64,000 nucleotides of DNA from IMG/VR virus record IMGVR_UViG_3300035180_001680. One strand, 5' to 3'. This document shows positions 20,279 through 30,517 of this stretch, one piece after another. A program made the position numbers and the translations under genes. The DNA comes from a virus (lineage: Duplodnaviria; Caudoviricetes). The stretch's first letter is position 1; the number at the start of each line of letters is the position of its first letter. Under the pieces are notes generated by a model. That model had not been told where the DNA came from and made no database searches. It saw only the letters and a program-made list of their open reading frames with translations.

Positions 20279-20306
20279 AAGGGGAGATTGTTCTCCCCTT
20301 TCTTTT
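20279..20306 (+). terminator. Rho-independent terminator
   Basis: AAGGGGAGA-TTGT-TCTCCCCTT followed by TCTTTT; a late promoter TATAAATA follows at 20307-20314. Confidence 0.85.
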
Positions 20307-20335
20307 TATAAATAGTTCCATAGTAAGGAGCTATT

Positions 20336-21781
20336 ATGACTTTCGATTTTTCGGGTTTAATCACACGTGAAGTAAATTCAACCGTCAATAACGGAGTATC
20401 TAGTGTGCTTAAAACTTTTAGTACTGCTGTTAATACAAATTTAAATGGCTTCATCACCAAAGGAAGTGAACAAATTCTGTCTTCTATTGGTGCTCCACAG
20501 GCAATACGAGCTGCTGTAATGAATATTAACGCTGGAATAGTTAATGCTGGTGTAAATGCTGCAGGAAGTATGTTTAATAATATTTTAAGTGGGGCATTTA
20601 ATTCAGGGACTTTAGCTCAATTTAGTACAATGGATTCAGTTATTGCAGGTATGTCTGCTAACAATCCTCATGCTACAGATTTATTTCACTTAAACACATT
20701 ATCAGGACTTGTCAGCTCTCTGAATGGCATGGTTTCAAATGCATTGCGCCAAAATAATTTTGACCCATCATATGATTCTCCGTATGCAACAGATATTGCA
20801 AATGTGTATACACCAAAATATGGTTTCATGTTTATGGTTCAATTTGTTCCTAATGCGACAGCTTCGGGAGAATTTGTCAAATTATTTCAAAACGAAATGA
20901 ATCTTGTAGTTCATAAATTTGATCGTCCGAAAGTTGAAATAGAACACGAAGAAGTTAATTTGTATAATTTTAGAACACAAGTTCCAAAAAATGTTAAATA
21001 CGGACCAGCCTCGTTTACAGTTCATGATGATATAAAAAGTGACACTCTTTCTGTTATAGTTGGTTATTTAAGAACTATTAGCCCAATCTTTAATTTTCCT
21101 ACTAATACAGCAGAGGGAACAGGGGGTATGGAATTTGATTCAATTAATGGTGCTAATTTTGGAACAATTCAGCAAAGACAAAGCAATGCATACGGTTTGT
21201 ATGAAACAGATGGACCTGATGATAGTTTAAAAACAATTTTTAAAGAAATCATTGTTTATCATGTTTATGATTTTGGTAGTTATACTGATGTGTATCATTT
21301 CTACAATCCAAAATTTACAAGTATCACTATGGATGGATTTGATATGGAGGTTACTAAAGGTAACATTGTAAATTTTGAATTTGTATTTGATGGATATTAT
21401 ATTGAAGTTCAAAAGCAAACCAATTCTTTTGGACCGAATTTTGGTCGAGGAATTATGCCAAGCGCTCAATACAATATTGTTAGTAGAAAATATTCAGAAC
21501 CAACAGGTTTGACTAACTTAAGTATATCAACGGCTCCTAAAACAAGCTCCCAAGGAGTAAACTTTACATCATTCATTCAACAAAATTCAATTACCTCACT
21601 AGCTTCTACACCAAATGGTTCTGGATATACAAGTCTATTCCCTCCTGGATTACCAACAACGGAGTCTTTTGTTAATACTTCTTTAAACACATATATCCCC
21701 ACATCAGTTTCCACATTAAATTCACAACCTTCCTCAGTTGTTGTAACAGGTTTGAAATATTCCCTTACTCCATTTAAATAA
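20336..21781 (+). CDS. Tail-tube-fold baseplate/tube initiator (gp54/gp48-like)
   Basis: Central 'FMFMVQF...DRPKVEIEHEEVNLYNFRTQVPKNVKYGPASFTVHDD' parallels tail-tube proteins. Confidence 0.6.
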   Translation: MTFDFSGLITREVNSTVNNGVSSVLKTFSTAVNTNLNGFITKGSEQILSSIGAPQAIRAAVMNINAGIVNAGVNAAGSMFNNILSGAFNSGTLAQFSTMDSVIAGMSANNPHATDLFHLNTLSGLVSSLNGMVSNALRQNNFDPSYDSPYATDIANVYTPKYGFMFMVQFVPNATASGEFVKLFQNEMNLVVHKFDRPKVEIEHEEVNLYNFRTQVPKNVKYGPASFTVHDDIKSDTLSVIVGYLRTISPIFNFPTNTAEGTGGMEFDSINGANFGTIQQRQSNAYGLYETDGPDDSLKTIFKEIIVYHVYDFGSYTDVYHFYNPKFTSITMDGFDMEVTKGNIVNFEFVFDGYYIEVQKQTNSFGPNFGRGIMPSAQYNIVSRKYSEPTGLTNLSISTAPKTSSQGVNFTSFIQQNSITSLASTPNGSGYTSLFPPGLPTTESFVNTSLNTYIPTSVSTLNSQPSSVVVTGLKYSLTPFK

Positions 21782-22209
21782 TGGCTAAAAGTAATTTCTC
21801 TCAAGGATTTTTTAAACCAAGATATCCAGAAAAGTATGTTGGGGATGTTAATCGAATAATTTATCGGTCTTCTTGGGAACTCAATTTTAACATTTCTTTG
21901 GATGGAAATCCTAATGTTATCAAGTGGGGTTCAGAATGTGTCGCGATCCCTTATGTTAAACCGACTGATCAAAAAGTGCATAAATATTATCCAGATTACT
22001 TTGTTATGTATAAGGACGTTGATGGTTTTATCCACAAAGAGATTATTGAAATTAAACCATCAACTCAAACAGCATTATCGAAACGTGCAAATCTATATGA
22101 ACAACTAACCTATGCAGTCAACACAGCTAAATGGGAAAGCGCTAAAAAATGGTGTGAACGTTTCGGAGTAACTTTTCGCATTATTACTGAAAAGGAATTG
22201 TTTAAATGA
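21781..22209 (+). CDS. gp4: Head completion nuclease (T4 gp4, TnsA-like)
   Basis: 'IIYRSSWE...WGSE...IPY...HKYYPDY...IEIKP...NTAKWESA..WC...FRIITE'. Confidence 0.92.
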   Translation: MAKSNFSQGFFKPRYPEKYVGDVNRIIYRSSWELNFNISLDGNPNVIKWGSECVAIPYVKPTDQKVHKYYPDYFVMYKDVDGFIHKEIIEIKPSTQTALSKRANLYEQLTYAVNTAKWESAKKWCERFGVTFRIITEKELFK

Positions 22210-22625
22210 AAACCATAACCGAAATTAAAACTATAGAACATCCAATGGAAGCAATTTTTAATATTGAACCTGGAACGACTGAAGTTGTTGTGGAGGAAGT
22301 TGTGTCCGGTGAATTAGTTACATTGGATTCATACGATGAAAAAGATCGTGAAATTGAAAGCCAGTTCCAAGAAGTGTATGACACTGCGATGACTTCTTTT
22401 GCAGACCAAGCTGGTTTATTACTTCAATCTGACCCAAAATATCGTTCAAGAAATATGGAAGTTGCCAATGCTTTTTTGAATACTGCTCTTTCAGCTGCCA
22501 GAGAAAAATCTCTTTTGAAACTCGGTAAGGAAAAAATTCTCAAAGGTGTTCCATCTACAGTTAACAACAATCTGATTATGGATAGAAATGAATTATTAAA
22601 AATGTTAAAAGACGTAGATATATGA
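22206..22625 (+). CDS. Terminase small subunit (gp16-like)
   Basis: Size, position and C-terminal 'VNNNLIMDRNELLKML'. Confidence 0.7.
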   Translation: MKTITEIKTIEHPMEAIFNIEPGTTEVVVEEVVSGELVTLDSYDEKDREIESQFQEVYDTAMTSFADQAGLLLQSDPKYRSRNMEVANAFLNTALSAAREKSLLKLGKEKILKGVPSTVNNNLIMDRNELLKMLKDVDI

Positions 22626-22628
22626 TAT

Positions 22629-23519
22629 ATGATAAATGAAGTTATTAAAGATTTAGAATCATTTGGTTATACAAATTATAAAAAAAAGTCTAAAAAGACA
22701 CTAATAGTTTTTACAGATAATAAGAGATTGGATGTTATAAATGATATTACATCCAAATTGATACACTCTGTTTATGATAGAACTCCTACATCAACATCAA
22801 GTCTTGGTTTAATTAAAGACGTCCGAGGAATTTCTATTATAGTTAAACCAAATGGAAAACAAGGGGTTTGTTCGGCTGGTATAGAAAATGAACAAACTCT
22901 TGTTGATAATATCAACAAATATACAACCAATAATCCAATCAATATCCGTTTTTTTGATAATAACATTGAATATATTATCACGAACGTTATTAGTGCTTCT
23001 AGTGTTGGAACTTCTACTGCTGGTAGAAAGAAAGCTGATGTAAAAATTCACACTTTATATGGTGAATATAATATATCTCTTAAAAAGGATAATGCTGAAT
23101 ATTGGGAATCAGCTGATACGTTATTTCGAACACAAGCTGAACACCATATTAACGAATTAAAGAATTCTAACAAGATTGAAATCAAACAACACGAACTTGG
23201 ATATTTTACAATAACCCCCAATATTGCAATTAAAGCTACACCAGAGCAAGTCAAAGATGTTGTTTTTGGTTCAGATATTTTAAATTGTGGTGCTGTTATT
23301 ACTAGAACATTTAATTCAAACGATTTTCTTTTTCTCGATAATCAGTTAACAATTTCATGTTCATCGATTATAACATCACCTGATAATATTCCCGAGGATA
23401 AACAAGTGTGGTTCTTAATCCGAAATGACAAAACACGAACTTCTGGAGTTTATAGAGGATTACGAGTTCTTGCATCTTATGAGAAGCGATTGAATCCAAA
23501 TGTGTTGAGAGTATTTTAA
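22629..23519 (+). CDS. Putative PD-(D/E)XK nuclease
   Basis: 'ENE...KKADVKI...NISLKK' pattern resembles a restriction-endonuclease-like active site. Confidence 0.5.
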   Translation: MINEVIKDLESFGYTNYKKKSKKTLIVFTDNKRLDVINDITSKLIHSVYDRTPTSTSSLGLIKDVRGISIIVKPNGKQGVCSAGIENEQTLVDNINKYTTNNPINIRFFDNNIEYIITNVISASSVGTSTAGRKKADVKIHTLYGEYNISLKKDNAEYWESADTLFRTQAEHHINELKNSNKIEIKQHELGYFTITPNIAIKATPEQVKDVVFGSDILNCGAVITRTFNSNDFLFLDNQLTISCSSIITSPDNIPEDKQVWFLIRNDKTRTSGVYRGLRVLASYEKRLNPNVLRVF

Positions 23520-23570
23520 GGTAACACTTAAAATATACGAACTAAATATTTCAACTATTGGAATGTTTAA

Positions 23571-25190
23571 ATGGCAAAAAAGAATCCTTTAATAAAACGG
23601 GCCCATCAACCCGTCGAATATACACCCAATTTGGTTCAAGAACTATTAAGGTGTTCTCATGATCCAATATATTTCATTGAAAAATATGTAAAAATCCAAC
23701 ACCCAGTTAAAGGAACAATTGATTTCGTTCTCTACCCCTATCAAAAGAGATTAATTAAGAGTTTTCAAAACAATAGGTTCAATATCGTATTATCTGCGAG
23801 ACAGACAGGTAAATCTACAACATCTGCTGCATACTTACTTTGGTTTGCTACATTTCACGAAGATAAGACAGTATTGATTGTTTCTAATAAGAATGACAAT
23901 GCTATGGAAATGATCTCTCGTATTCGTTTCGCATATGAAAGTCTTCCACTTTGGTTAAAACCTGGTATTACAGACGATGGATGGAATAAACATAATGTTG
24001 GGTTTGATAACGGAAGTAGAATCGTATCACAAGCAACATCTGAAAGTTCCGGCCGTGGTTTATCTATATCGTTGTTATTTTGTGATGAATTTGCATTTGT
24101 TCAGCCTGGAATTCAAGAAGAATTTTGGGCATCTATATCTCCTACATTGGCAACTGGTGGATCGTGCATTATTGCATCTACTCCAAATGGTGATTCAAAC
24201 TTATTTGCACAACTTTGGCGTGGAGCAGAGTTGGAAATTAATGGTTTTACATCTACGTGGGTTAAATGGGATGAACCTCCTGGCAGAGACGAGGAATTTA
24301 AACAAAAAGAAATTGGTAAAATTGGTGAACTTCGTTGGCGACAAGAATACGAATGTGAGTTCTTATCGTCTGATGCTCTACTCATTAGCTCAATCGTATT
24401 AAACAATATTGTTGTTCCTGCATTACCTGAACCAGACTTTCAGGGAATTCATTGGTTTTCTGAATTACAAGAAAACCAAACATTGTTAATTGGAATTGAC
24501 CCTGCAACAGGTTCAGGTAGTGATATGAGTTCAATAGAAATTTATGACTTTCCAAGTCTAATTCAAGTTGGTGAATTTAGATCAAATACCACTTCTTCTG
24601 TGGATTTATACAAAACACTCAAGAGTGTAATTAAAAATTTAGAGAAACGAAAAATAATGTCTTATTTTTCTGTTGAGAATAATGGGGTGGGGGAAGGTAT
24701 TATTGCTCTCTATCAGAACGACGAGAATCCACCCGAATCAAACTTCATATCAGAGGCAGGAAAGGGTCGATTGGGAATGACAACGACCGGCAAATCGAAG
24801 ATTAAAGCGTGTATGAACTTGAAAGAGTTGGTGACTAAAGGAAAAATAAAAATAAAATCGAAACTATTGTTAACAGAGCTTAAGGGTTTTGTTAGGAAGT
24901 TGGGTTCGTATTCAGCTCAATATGGTTCCACAGATGATTCAATATCAGCAACATTAATTGTGATTCGATTATTGGAAGAAATATCAACATATGAAGACAA
25001 AGCTTTTGAGATGTTGTATAATTTGGGAGATGAAGAATTCATTGATGATAATGGAGAAACTTCAGAATATGACGAAAACGCACAACCTACAGGAGCGTTG
25101 TTTGGAGGAAGTCAATATGGATACAAACAAACTGGGTCATTTTCTGATCCGAACGACCCAAACAGCTTTGATCCCTTTGGTGGAACATGA
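23571..25190 (+). CDS. gp17: Terminase large subunit (gp17 family)
   Basis: 'LYPYQ', Walker A 'SARQTGKST', 'LFCDEFAF', 'STPNG', nuclease 'GIDPATG', 'DD'. Confidence 0.96.
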   Translation: MAKKNPLIKRAHQPVEYTPNLVQELLRCSHDPIYFIEKYVKIQHPVKGTIDFVLYPYQKRLIKSFQNNRFNIVLSARQTGKSTTSAAYLLWFATFHEDKTVLIVSNKNDNAMEMISRIRFAYESLPLWLKPGITDDGWNKHNVGFDNGSRIVSQATSESSGRGLSISLLFCDEFAFVQPGIQEEFWASISPTLATGGSCIIASTPNGDSNLFAQLWRGAELEINGFTSTWVKWDEPPGRDEEFKQKEIGKIGELRWRQEYECEFLSSDALLISSIVLNNIVVPALPEPDFQGIHWFSELQENQTLLIGIDPATGSGSDMSSIEIYDFPSLIQVGEFRSNTTSSVDLYKTLKSVIKNLEKRKIMSYFSVENNGVGEGIIALYQNDENPPESNFISEAGKGRLGMTTTGKSKIKACMNLKELVTKGKIKIKSKLLLTELKGFVRKLGSYSAQYGSTDDSISATLIVIRLLEEISTYEDKAFEMLYNLGDEEFIDDNGETSEYDENAQPTGALFGGSQYGYKQTGSFSDPNDPNSFDPFGGT

Positions 25191-25347
25191 CCCTAAAACG
25201 AATAGTAAAAATATAGTAAAAATATAGTATAAAATAGTAACACAACAATTAGAACCAGTTTCTATATGGCCGGGGGACAGTAATATTGTCTACTATAAAA
25301 AATGTTTTGTCAACAGGATAAATAAAATAAAAAGAAAGAGTTTAAAA

Positions 25348-25860
25348 ATGGCATCATTACTAGAGATTACCCTTCAAAAATTGCAACAATCTACACAAAG
25401 TTCATTTCCTGATACTGAAAAACGTCAACATGCGGTAGCTACAATCGGGATATCGAATATCAAATATGTTCCGTATCAAGATTCAAATTTGTTAAAAGTT
25501 AATGCAACAGCAGTCAGTGGTCCAAAGAGATACGAATGTTCTATGTTATTTGAAGATGTATATTACGAGCAAGCACCTTCTAATCAATTAGTGACGTTTG
25601 AGGGAGTTGATGGAGTTGAACATAACATTCACCCGTTAAATACAAAAGTGAATGATGTTAAAGTTAAGTGTTCGTGTATGGATTTTTATTATAGGTTTGC
25701 ACAAGCGAATTATCAAAATGATGGATTAGATGGTGAACCACCTCCACCATATGTAAAGAAAACGGATAGACCTTCTGTCAATCCAACGAATGCCCCTGGA
25801 ATGTGTAAACACTTACATAAACTTGAAGAACAACTAGAGACGGTCGGATTACTTCGCTAA
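25348..25860 (+). CDS. SWIM-type zinc-finger protein, function unknown
   Basis: 'VKCSCMDF...NAPGMCKHL' (CxC...CxH). Confidence 0.65.
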   Translation: MASLLEITLQKLQQSTQSSFPDTEKRQHAVATIGISNIKYVPYQDSNLLKVNATAVSGPKRYECSMLFEDVYYEQAPSNQLVTFEGVDGVEHNIHPLNTKVNDVKVKCSCMDFYYRFAQANYQNDGLDGEPPPPYVKKTDRPSVNPTNAPGMCKHLHKLEEQLETVGLLR

Positions 25861-26421
25861 TCTTTTACTTTCTGTTATATTTTTAAGAGAGCGTGGTTTT
25901 GTTCTAGGCTTTTTAATTGGAACAATTTGCATTTCCTCGAGGATTTCACGAACCTTTTTATCTTTTACATTTTCTGATACTTCTTCGTGTTCATCAGCAA
26001 CATCTCTATTTTGCAAATACTTTGCAAGTGCAAACGGACTTAATGACGATTTGGGTTCTCCATCAAAAGGAGGAACTTGTTTTATTTCTTCTGCTTCTTC
26101 AGATTTCTCTTTGGGTTTTTCTGTCGAAACTTCCACTTTAATATTATCCACAATCGTTGCGTTTCCCTTTAATGGTTTAAATAATTGTCCATTGACGACA
26201 ACTTCTACTGAACAATCATGAACACCTTTTTGTAAAAAAGTAATTGCTGGAATATGCGTTGTAAACGTATATTGAGATGTGTGTTTACAATCAAAACGAA
26301 TATCAAATTCGTCACAATGAATAACAAATTTTGCATCAGCTTCATCTGTTGATGCACCATCAATTCTCATATCGAATTCCACTTCTGTTGGTTTAGAGCG
26401 ATTAACTGTAATTGTATCCAT
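25849..26421 (-). CDS. Hypothetical protein
   Basis: Long ORF; start placed at the MDTITV ATG. Confidence 0.65.
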   Translation of the reverse strand: MDTITVNRSKPTEVEFDMRIDGASTDEADAKFVIHCDEFDIRFDCKHTSQYTFTTHIPAITFLQKGVHDCSVEVVVNGQLFKPLKGNATIVDNIKVEVSTEKPKEKSEEAEEIKQVPPFDGEPKSSLSPFALAKYLQNRDVADEHEEVSENVKDKKVREILEEMQIVPIKKPRTKPRSLKNITESKRLAK

Positions 26422-26443
26422 TATAATAAGCCTTTTTATGTAT

Positions 26444-26911
26444 TTATCTCTTTCGTAACTTCTCGGCGAACACACGAATTCTGTTTTCGGTTTTAGTTTT
26501 CAGGTTGGATGTAGTAACACTTACTATTCCAAATGAACTTGCTACGAATCTTGTAATATTTATTAGCACCTTTGATTTATATTTTGGAACAAAATATTCT
26601 TTTAATAATGGTTCATCTCTATCTTTTACCTTGAGCGTTATTGATATTTTTTCAATTTCTCTTGGGGCTGCAACTGGAGTAAGATAAGGTAATGGTGTTA
26701 ATTTGTTTGATGATGTTCCATCAGGATTAACAGGTGAATAAAAATTCTGAATTTGTCCAGGAGCTAATGGTAGAGAACCACCATCATATTGTGCTGGGGT
26801 TACAGTTACTGTATATTGACAACATTTAGCTAAATTGAATTGGGCAATAATCAATCCACAACAAGCCGGTCCACCTAAACCTTTTGTTAAAATACCACCC
26901 ATGTAATCCAT
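26444..26911 (-). CDS. Hypothetical protein
   Basis: ORF co-oriented within a three-gene minus-strand block. Confidence 0.65.
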   Translation of the reverse strand: MDYMGGILTKGLGGPACCGLIIAQFNLAKCCQYTVTVTPAQYDGGSLPLAPGQIQNFYSPVNPDGTSSNKLTPLPYLTPVAAPREIEKISITLKVKDRDEPLLKEYFVPKYKSKVLINITRFVASSFGIVSVTTSNLKTKTENRIRVFAEKLRKR

Positions 26912-26922
26912 TTAATAATCCT

Positions 26923-27657
26923 TTATATTGGGCGTCGTTCACAAACTTCTGTAACACTGGAAGCACCAGTGCTATCTTTTAAACTAAAAACTTTCAAGGG
27001 TGTTACTCCATCATCGTCATACACTGTGAGTGTCATTGCTATTTTATCAATTTTAGTTCTATTCGTTTCATATTTCAATAAGGTAGCAAGTAAACTCAAT
27101 GCTGTTGTAACATCTATTCGTAATTGTTGTGCGTCGGCGTGGGTTTCATTTTGAAAAACACCCACACTCCCTGGTATTAAGTGTGTAGAAGCCGGTTCAT
27201 CCCATACAGCTGATGCAATTTGTGATAGTGTGGGGTATGCACCAATGTTAACAACTTGAGCTAATCCCATAGTTCCACTAGATGTGTGAGAAGCAGTTGG
27301 TTCATTCCAAACTCCATCAACAATAGCAGTAATATCAGCTGTAGTTATTGTTGTAGTGTTACTTGTGTTTTCAGTTAAATCAATCGAAGAGGTTTGATAT
27401 CTACCATCGGTTATAGATAAGGAGGAACCACCATCTGTTCTTGTTACATATGTTTTTAATGGATCAAAACCCAGAGTTGTAGTAAATACAAAGTTATAAA
27501 AACCATCACCCACTTCACTCATTATTGGATCTGGTCCAGATGATGGAACTATTAAAGTGTTTGATGTATCTTCAACGTTCCAAATGCGAATTGTGGGGGT
27601 TAATCCTGTTGCTGGGTTCCCACTTTGTGTAAAGAATGAAGTTATGATTACGTTCAT
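26923..27657 (-). CDS. Hypothetical, probably virion-associated protein
   Basis: Thr-rich, Ig-like N-terminus, repeated 'VW(N/D)EP.A.H..GS/T.G' motifs. Confidence 0.65.
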   Translation of the reverse strand: MNVIITSFFTQSGNPATGLTPTIRIWNVEDTSNTLIVPSSGPDPIMSEVGDGFYNFVFTTTLGFDPLKTYVTRTDGGSSLSITDGRYQTSSIDLTENTSNTTTITTADITAIVDGVWNEPTASHTSSGTMGLAQVVNIGAYPTLSQIASAVWDEPASTHLIPGSVGVFQNETHADAQQLRIDVTTALSLLATLLKYETNRTKIDKIAMTLTVYDDDGVTPLKVFSLKDSTGASSVTEVCERRPI

Positions 27658-27778
27658 TGTTGTAATTACCTTTGTTATTATGTGTTTATTTATTGTTTTG
27701 TTTGATTCAAAGATTTTAATTTCATAAATACCTCTAAATATTTATAAATCTAACTTTGAGTTGACTGGAAAGGATGTC

Positions 27779-28123
27779 ATGGCCCTTGTTTTAACCAATC
27801 CGAGTATAACCAGCAGTACTGTACAAACAATTGCTAATAACATTACAATTCCTGTTACCCAAAATTTGTTTGTTGACACTGCAAAAGGTGTATCAATTAA
27901 ATGGATTATAACGATAAGTAATGCAGATTCTTCTATTGTCTCAGCTACAGAAATAATGGCAATTAAAAAAGGAACTGAAGCAATTTACTCAATTTATGGT
28001 CAAGTTGGTGATAACATTCAATTTGGTTTAGACATAAGCATTATAAATGATGAAATTGTATTGAACGTAATTAACCTTGATACTTTTGATTTTTTTGTCA
28101 CGATTGTTCACATAGGGTTATAA
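27779..28123 (+). CDS. Small tail/baseplate protein, paralogous to the C-terminal domain of 28193..29293
   Basis: 'IKWIITI...SATEIMA...YG' vs 'VKWLVYV...SAFEVFA...YG'. Confidence 0.6.
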   Translation: MALVLTNPSITSSTVQTIANNITIPVTQNLFVDTAKGVSIKWIITISNADSSIVSATEIMAIKKGTEAIYSIYGQVGDNIQFGLDISIINDEIVLNVINLDTFDFFVTIVHIGL

Positions 28124-28192
28124 ATTATAAAATTATAATAAATAATATTATGAATAGAATTTCAACTTTTAACTACATTAAAGGAACATATC

Positions 28193-29293
28193 ATGGCATT
28201 ATCAATGTTTAAAATTACAAAAGGTCTCCAATTAGACGATATTCAAATCTTAGAAGGAGCGGGAGCTCCAGGAGCTTCAGGTGATCCAAGTCTTGCACCT
28301 GTAGGTTCGTTTTATTTAGATAATACAAACGGGGATTCATATACAAAGATTTTATCTGGTGTTGGTACAAATAAATGGTCCAAATTAGCAAAATCGTCAG
28401 ATATTACTAGTTTAGGTAATGCTTTTGTTTATTATGGGACAGTTGTTGGTGGAGTAGATAATACACACGCTTTAGATGTAACAACTCTTTCAAATACACA
28501 CGCCGGTGACTATTATAAAGTCTCAACTGCTGGATGGTTTCGAGTAGGAACAGGAACACCATTCTATGCAAACGTCAATGATGGTTTAGTATTTAACACA
28601 GCAAGCGGTGTTGATATTATAGACAACACAAATTCAACAGTTACCGGTACTGCAAATGAAATTTCTGTTTCAGGTTCTACAGATACAGGTTATACAATTG
28701 GGATTGACTCTGCTTTTGTAACTCGTGTTTCTGATCTTGAAACTTCTACTGGAAATTTGCAAACAGAAGTTAATAATATTGAAGCATCAGCGGGTCCATT
28801 AGTTAAGTCTGATGGTACATTTAATGTAGCAGGGGCAACATTTCACAACGTCACAAGCCCAACTAGCATAACAAACGTATTAACTCAGTTGGATAGTGCT
28901 ATTGGTTCTGGTGTTACAACTGATTCTATTATTACTTCTACAAATTCGGTTGATGCAAATATTCAAGCAATTTCTACTTATGTTGAATCATTAACACAAA
29001 CAACTTCTGGTACAGGTGGAACATCTGCTGTAACTGACACCGTCGCCGCTGTTATGGTAAAGTGGTTAGTTTATGTACAAGATAATACAACAGCTGCTGA
29101 TGTGTCTGCTTTTGAAGTGTTTGCAGCAACAAATGGAACAGACGTTGATTTTAACCAATACGGCATTTTAAGTCTTGGTGCTGCAATTGATGGACTTACA
29201 GTTGATGTTTCGTTATCAACTGCAGATTTAGTTCTTTCTGTTAGTACAACAAACGCAACAACGATTAAAATTAAACGTTTAACAGCAATTTAA
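28193..29293 (+). CDS. Tail-fibre-associated structural protein
   Basis: Thr/Gly/Ser-rich; N-terminus 'GAGAP...APVGSFYL' paralogous to 29316. Confidence 0.6.
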   Translation: MALSMFKITKGLQLDDIQILEGAGAPGASGDPSLAPVGSFYLDNTNGDSYTKILSGVGTNKWSKLAKSSDITSLGNAFVYYGTVVGGVDNTHALDVTTLSNTHAGDYYKVSTAGWFRVGTGTPFYANVNDGLVFNTASGVDIIDNTNSTVTGTANEISVSGSTDTGYTIGIDSAFVTRVSDLETSTGNLQTEVNNIEASAGPLVKSDGTFNVAGATFHNVTSPTSITNVLTQLDSAIGSGVTTDSIITSTNSVDANIQAISTYVESLTQTTSGTGGTSAVTDTVAAVMVKWLVYVQDNTTAADVSAFEVFAATNGTDVDFNQYGILSLGAAIDGLTVDVSLSTADLVLSVSTTNATTIKIKRLTAI

Positions 29294-29315
29294 TATATAA
29301 AAGGGGAAGTTAGTC

Positions 29316-29939
29316 TTGGCTCATATAGACAAAGCATTTAGAATTAGTACATTATCACTTTCTGATGCTACTTTAATTACACAAGGCACGATTGATCCTT
29401 CTGGGGTAGGGTTTGAAGCCCCAGAAGGTTCTCTTTTTCTTCGTTCTTCAGGAACGAACAGTGGGGTATATGTAAAAACTGGCCCGTTGGATACTAATTG
29501 GATGTTATTAACAACAACATCTGTTATTTTATCAAGACATAATGGAAACGTTTCACAAACATTTTCAACAACACTAACAACATTGTTGTTTGGGACAAAT
29601 GTTCGTACTGACAGCAATTATACATATAATTCTGGTGTTGTAACTATTAACAATACAGGAAATTATTTAATCAATTTTGATGTCTCATTTGCATCAACAA
29701 CCAACAACGTAACAGCAAGTCAAACAGGGATTTACAAAAATAATGTTATTGTTCCTGGTTCTTTATCATACAGTAATCATTCAGCTTCATCTAATGGAGT
29801 TTTTACTGTTTCTTCTTCTATTATGGTTCCTGCTTCTTCTGGAGACACGATAAAGGTTGCGAGTTCTCGGTTTAGCGGGAGTGGCTCTCTTGTAACACAA
29901 GCAAATGGGTGTAGGCTAAATATTGTGATGGAAAGGTAA
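29316..29939 (+). CDS. Tail-fibre-associated protein with C1q/BclA-like C-terminal domain
   Basis: 'VTINNTGNYLINFDVS...IMVPASSGDTIKV...RLNIV' jelly-roll pattern. Confidence 0.55.
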   Translation: MAHIDKAFRISTLSLSDATLITQGTIDPSGVGFEAPEGSLFLRSSGTNSGVYVKTGPLDTNWMLLTTTSVILSRHNGNVSQTFSTTLTTLLFGTNVRTDSNYTYNSGVVTINNTGNYLINFDVSFASTTNNVTASQTGIYKNNVIVPGSLSYSNHSASSNGVFTVSSSIMVPASSGDTIKVASSRFSGSGSLVTQANGCRLNIVMER

Positions 29940-29944
29940 ATTAA

Positions 29945-30496
29945 ATGTCAACAATATATAGTCCAACATATTATACAACGTGCGTTGGGGCATTGCTTGA
30001 TGCAATCAACAATACACCAACAATTGGTATATTACTCGAACAGATTGTGGATGATGGTTCTCCACAACTTCAATTTTATTTTGAAACCACACTAGATACA
30101 GAACAACAAACAGCATTCGAAGATTTACTATCTACGTTTGTTTGCCCTGTTGTTACAGACATATCGTCAAACGAGACAGTTGTAGACGATTCATCTACTG
30201 GAACCAATATTCTGTGGTCATCTACACAGATTAATAATGCAATTTCAACTGGATCAGTTGCAGAAGCTGTAAAGCTTGCAACTCCTGTCAATATTTCACT
30301 TACTAATGATGTAATAGGTAACACATCATTTGATGGTTCTACTAATGTTAGTATAAATACAACGTTAAAGGACAATGGAGTAACTCCAGGAATATATGGA
30401 ACTGTAAGTTCTGTTGGACAGTTTACCGTAGACAGTACTGGAAGAGTAACATCAGCACAAGATTTAGAAATATCATTAGATGCAGGAACATTTTAA
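29945..30496 (+). CDS. Tail-fibre-associated protein ending in LDAGTF
   Basis: Fibre-type segments 'LKDNGVTPGIYG...FTVDSTGRVTSA'. Confidence 0.6.
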   Translation: MSTIYSPTYYTTCVGALLDAINNTPTIGILLEQIVDDGSPQLQFYFETTLDTEQQTAFEDLLSTFVCPVVTDISSNETVVDDSSTGTNILWSSTQINNAISTGSVAEAVKLATPVNISLTNDVIGNTSFDGSTNVSINTTLKDNGVTPGIYGTVSSVGQFTVDSTGRVTSAQDLEISLDAGTF

Positions 30497-30517
30497 ATAT
30501 AACAACAGGAAAAATAT

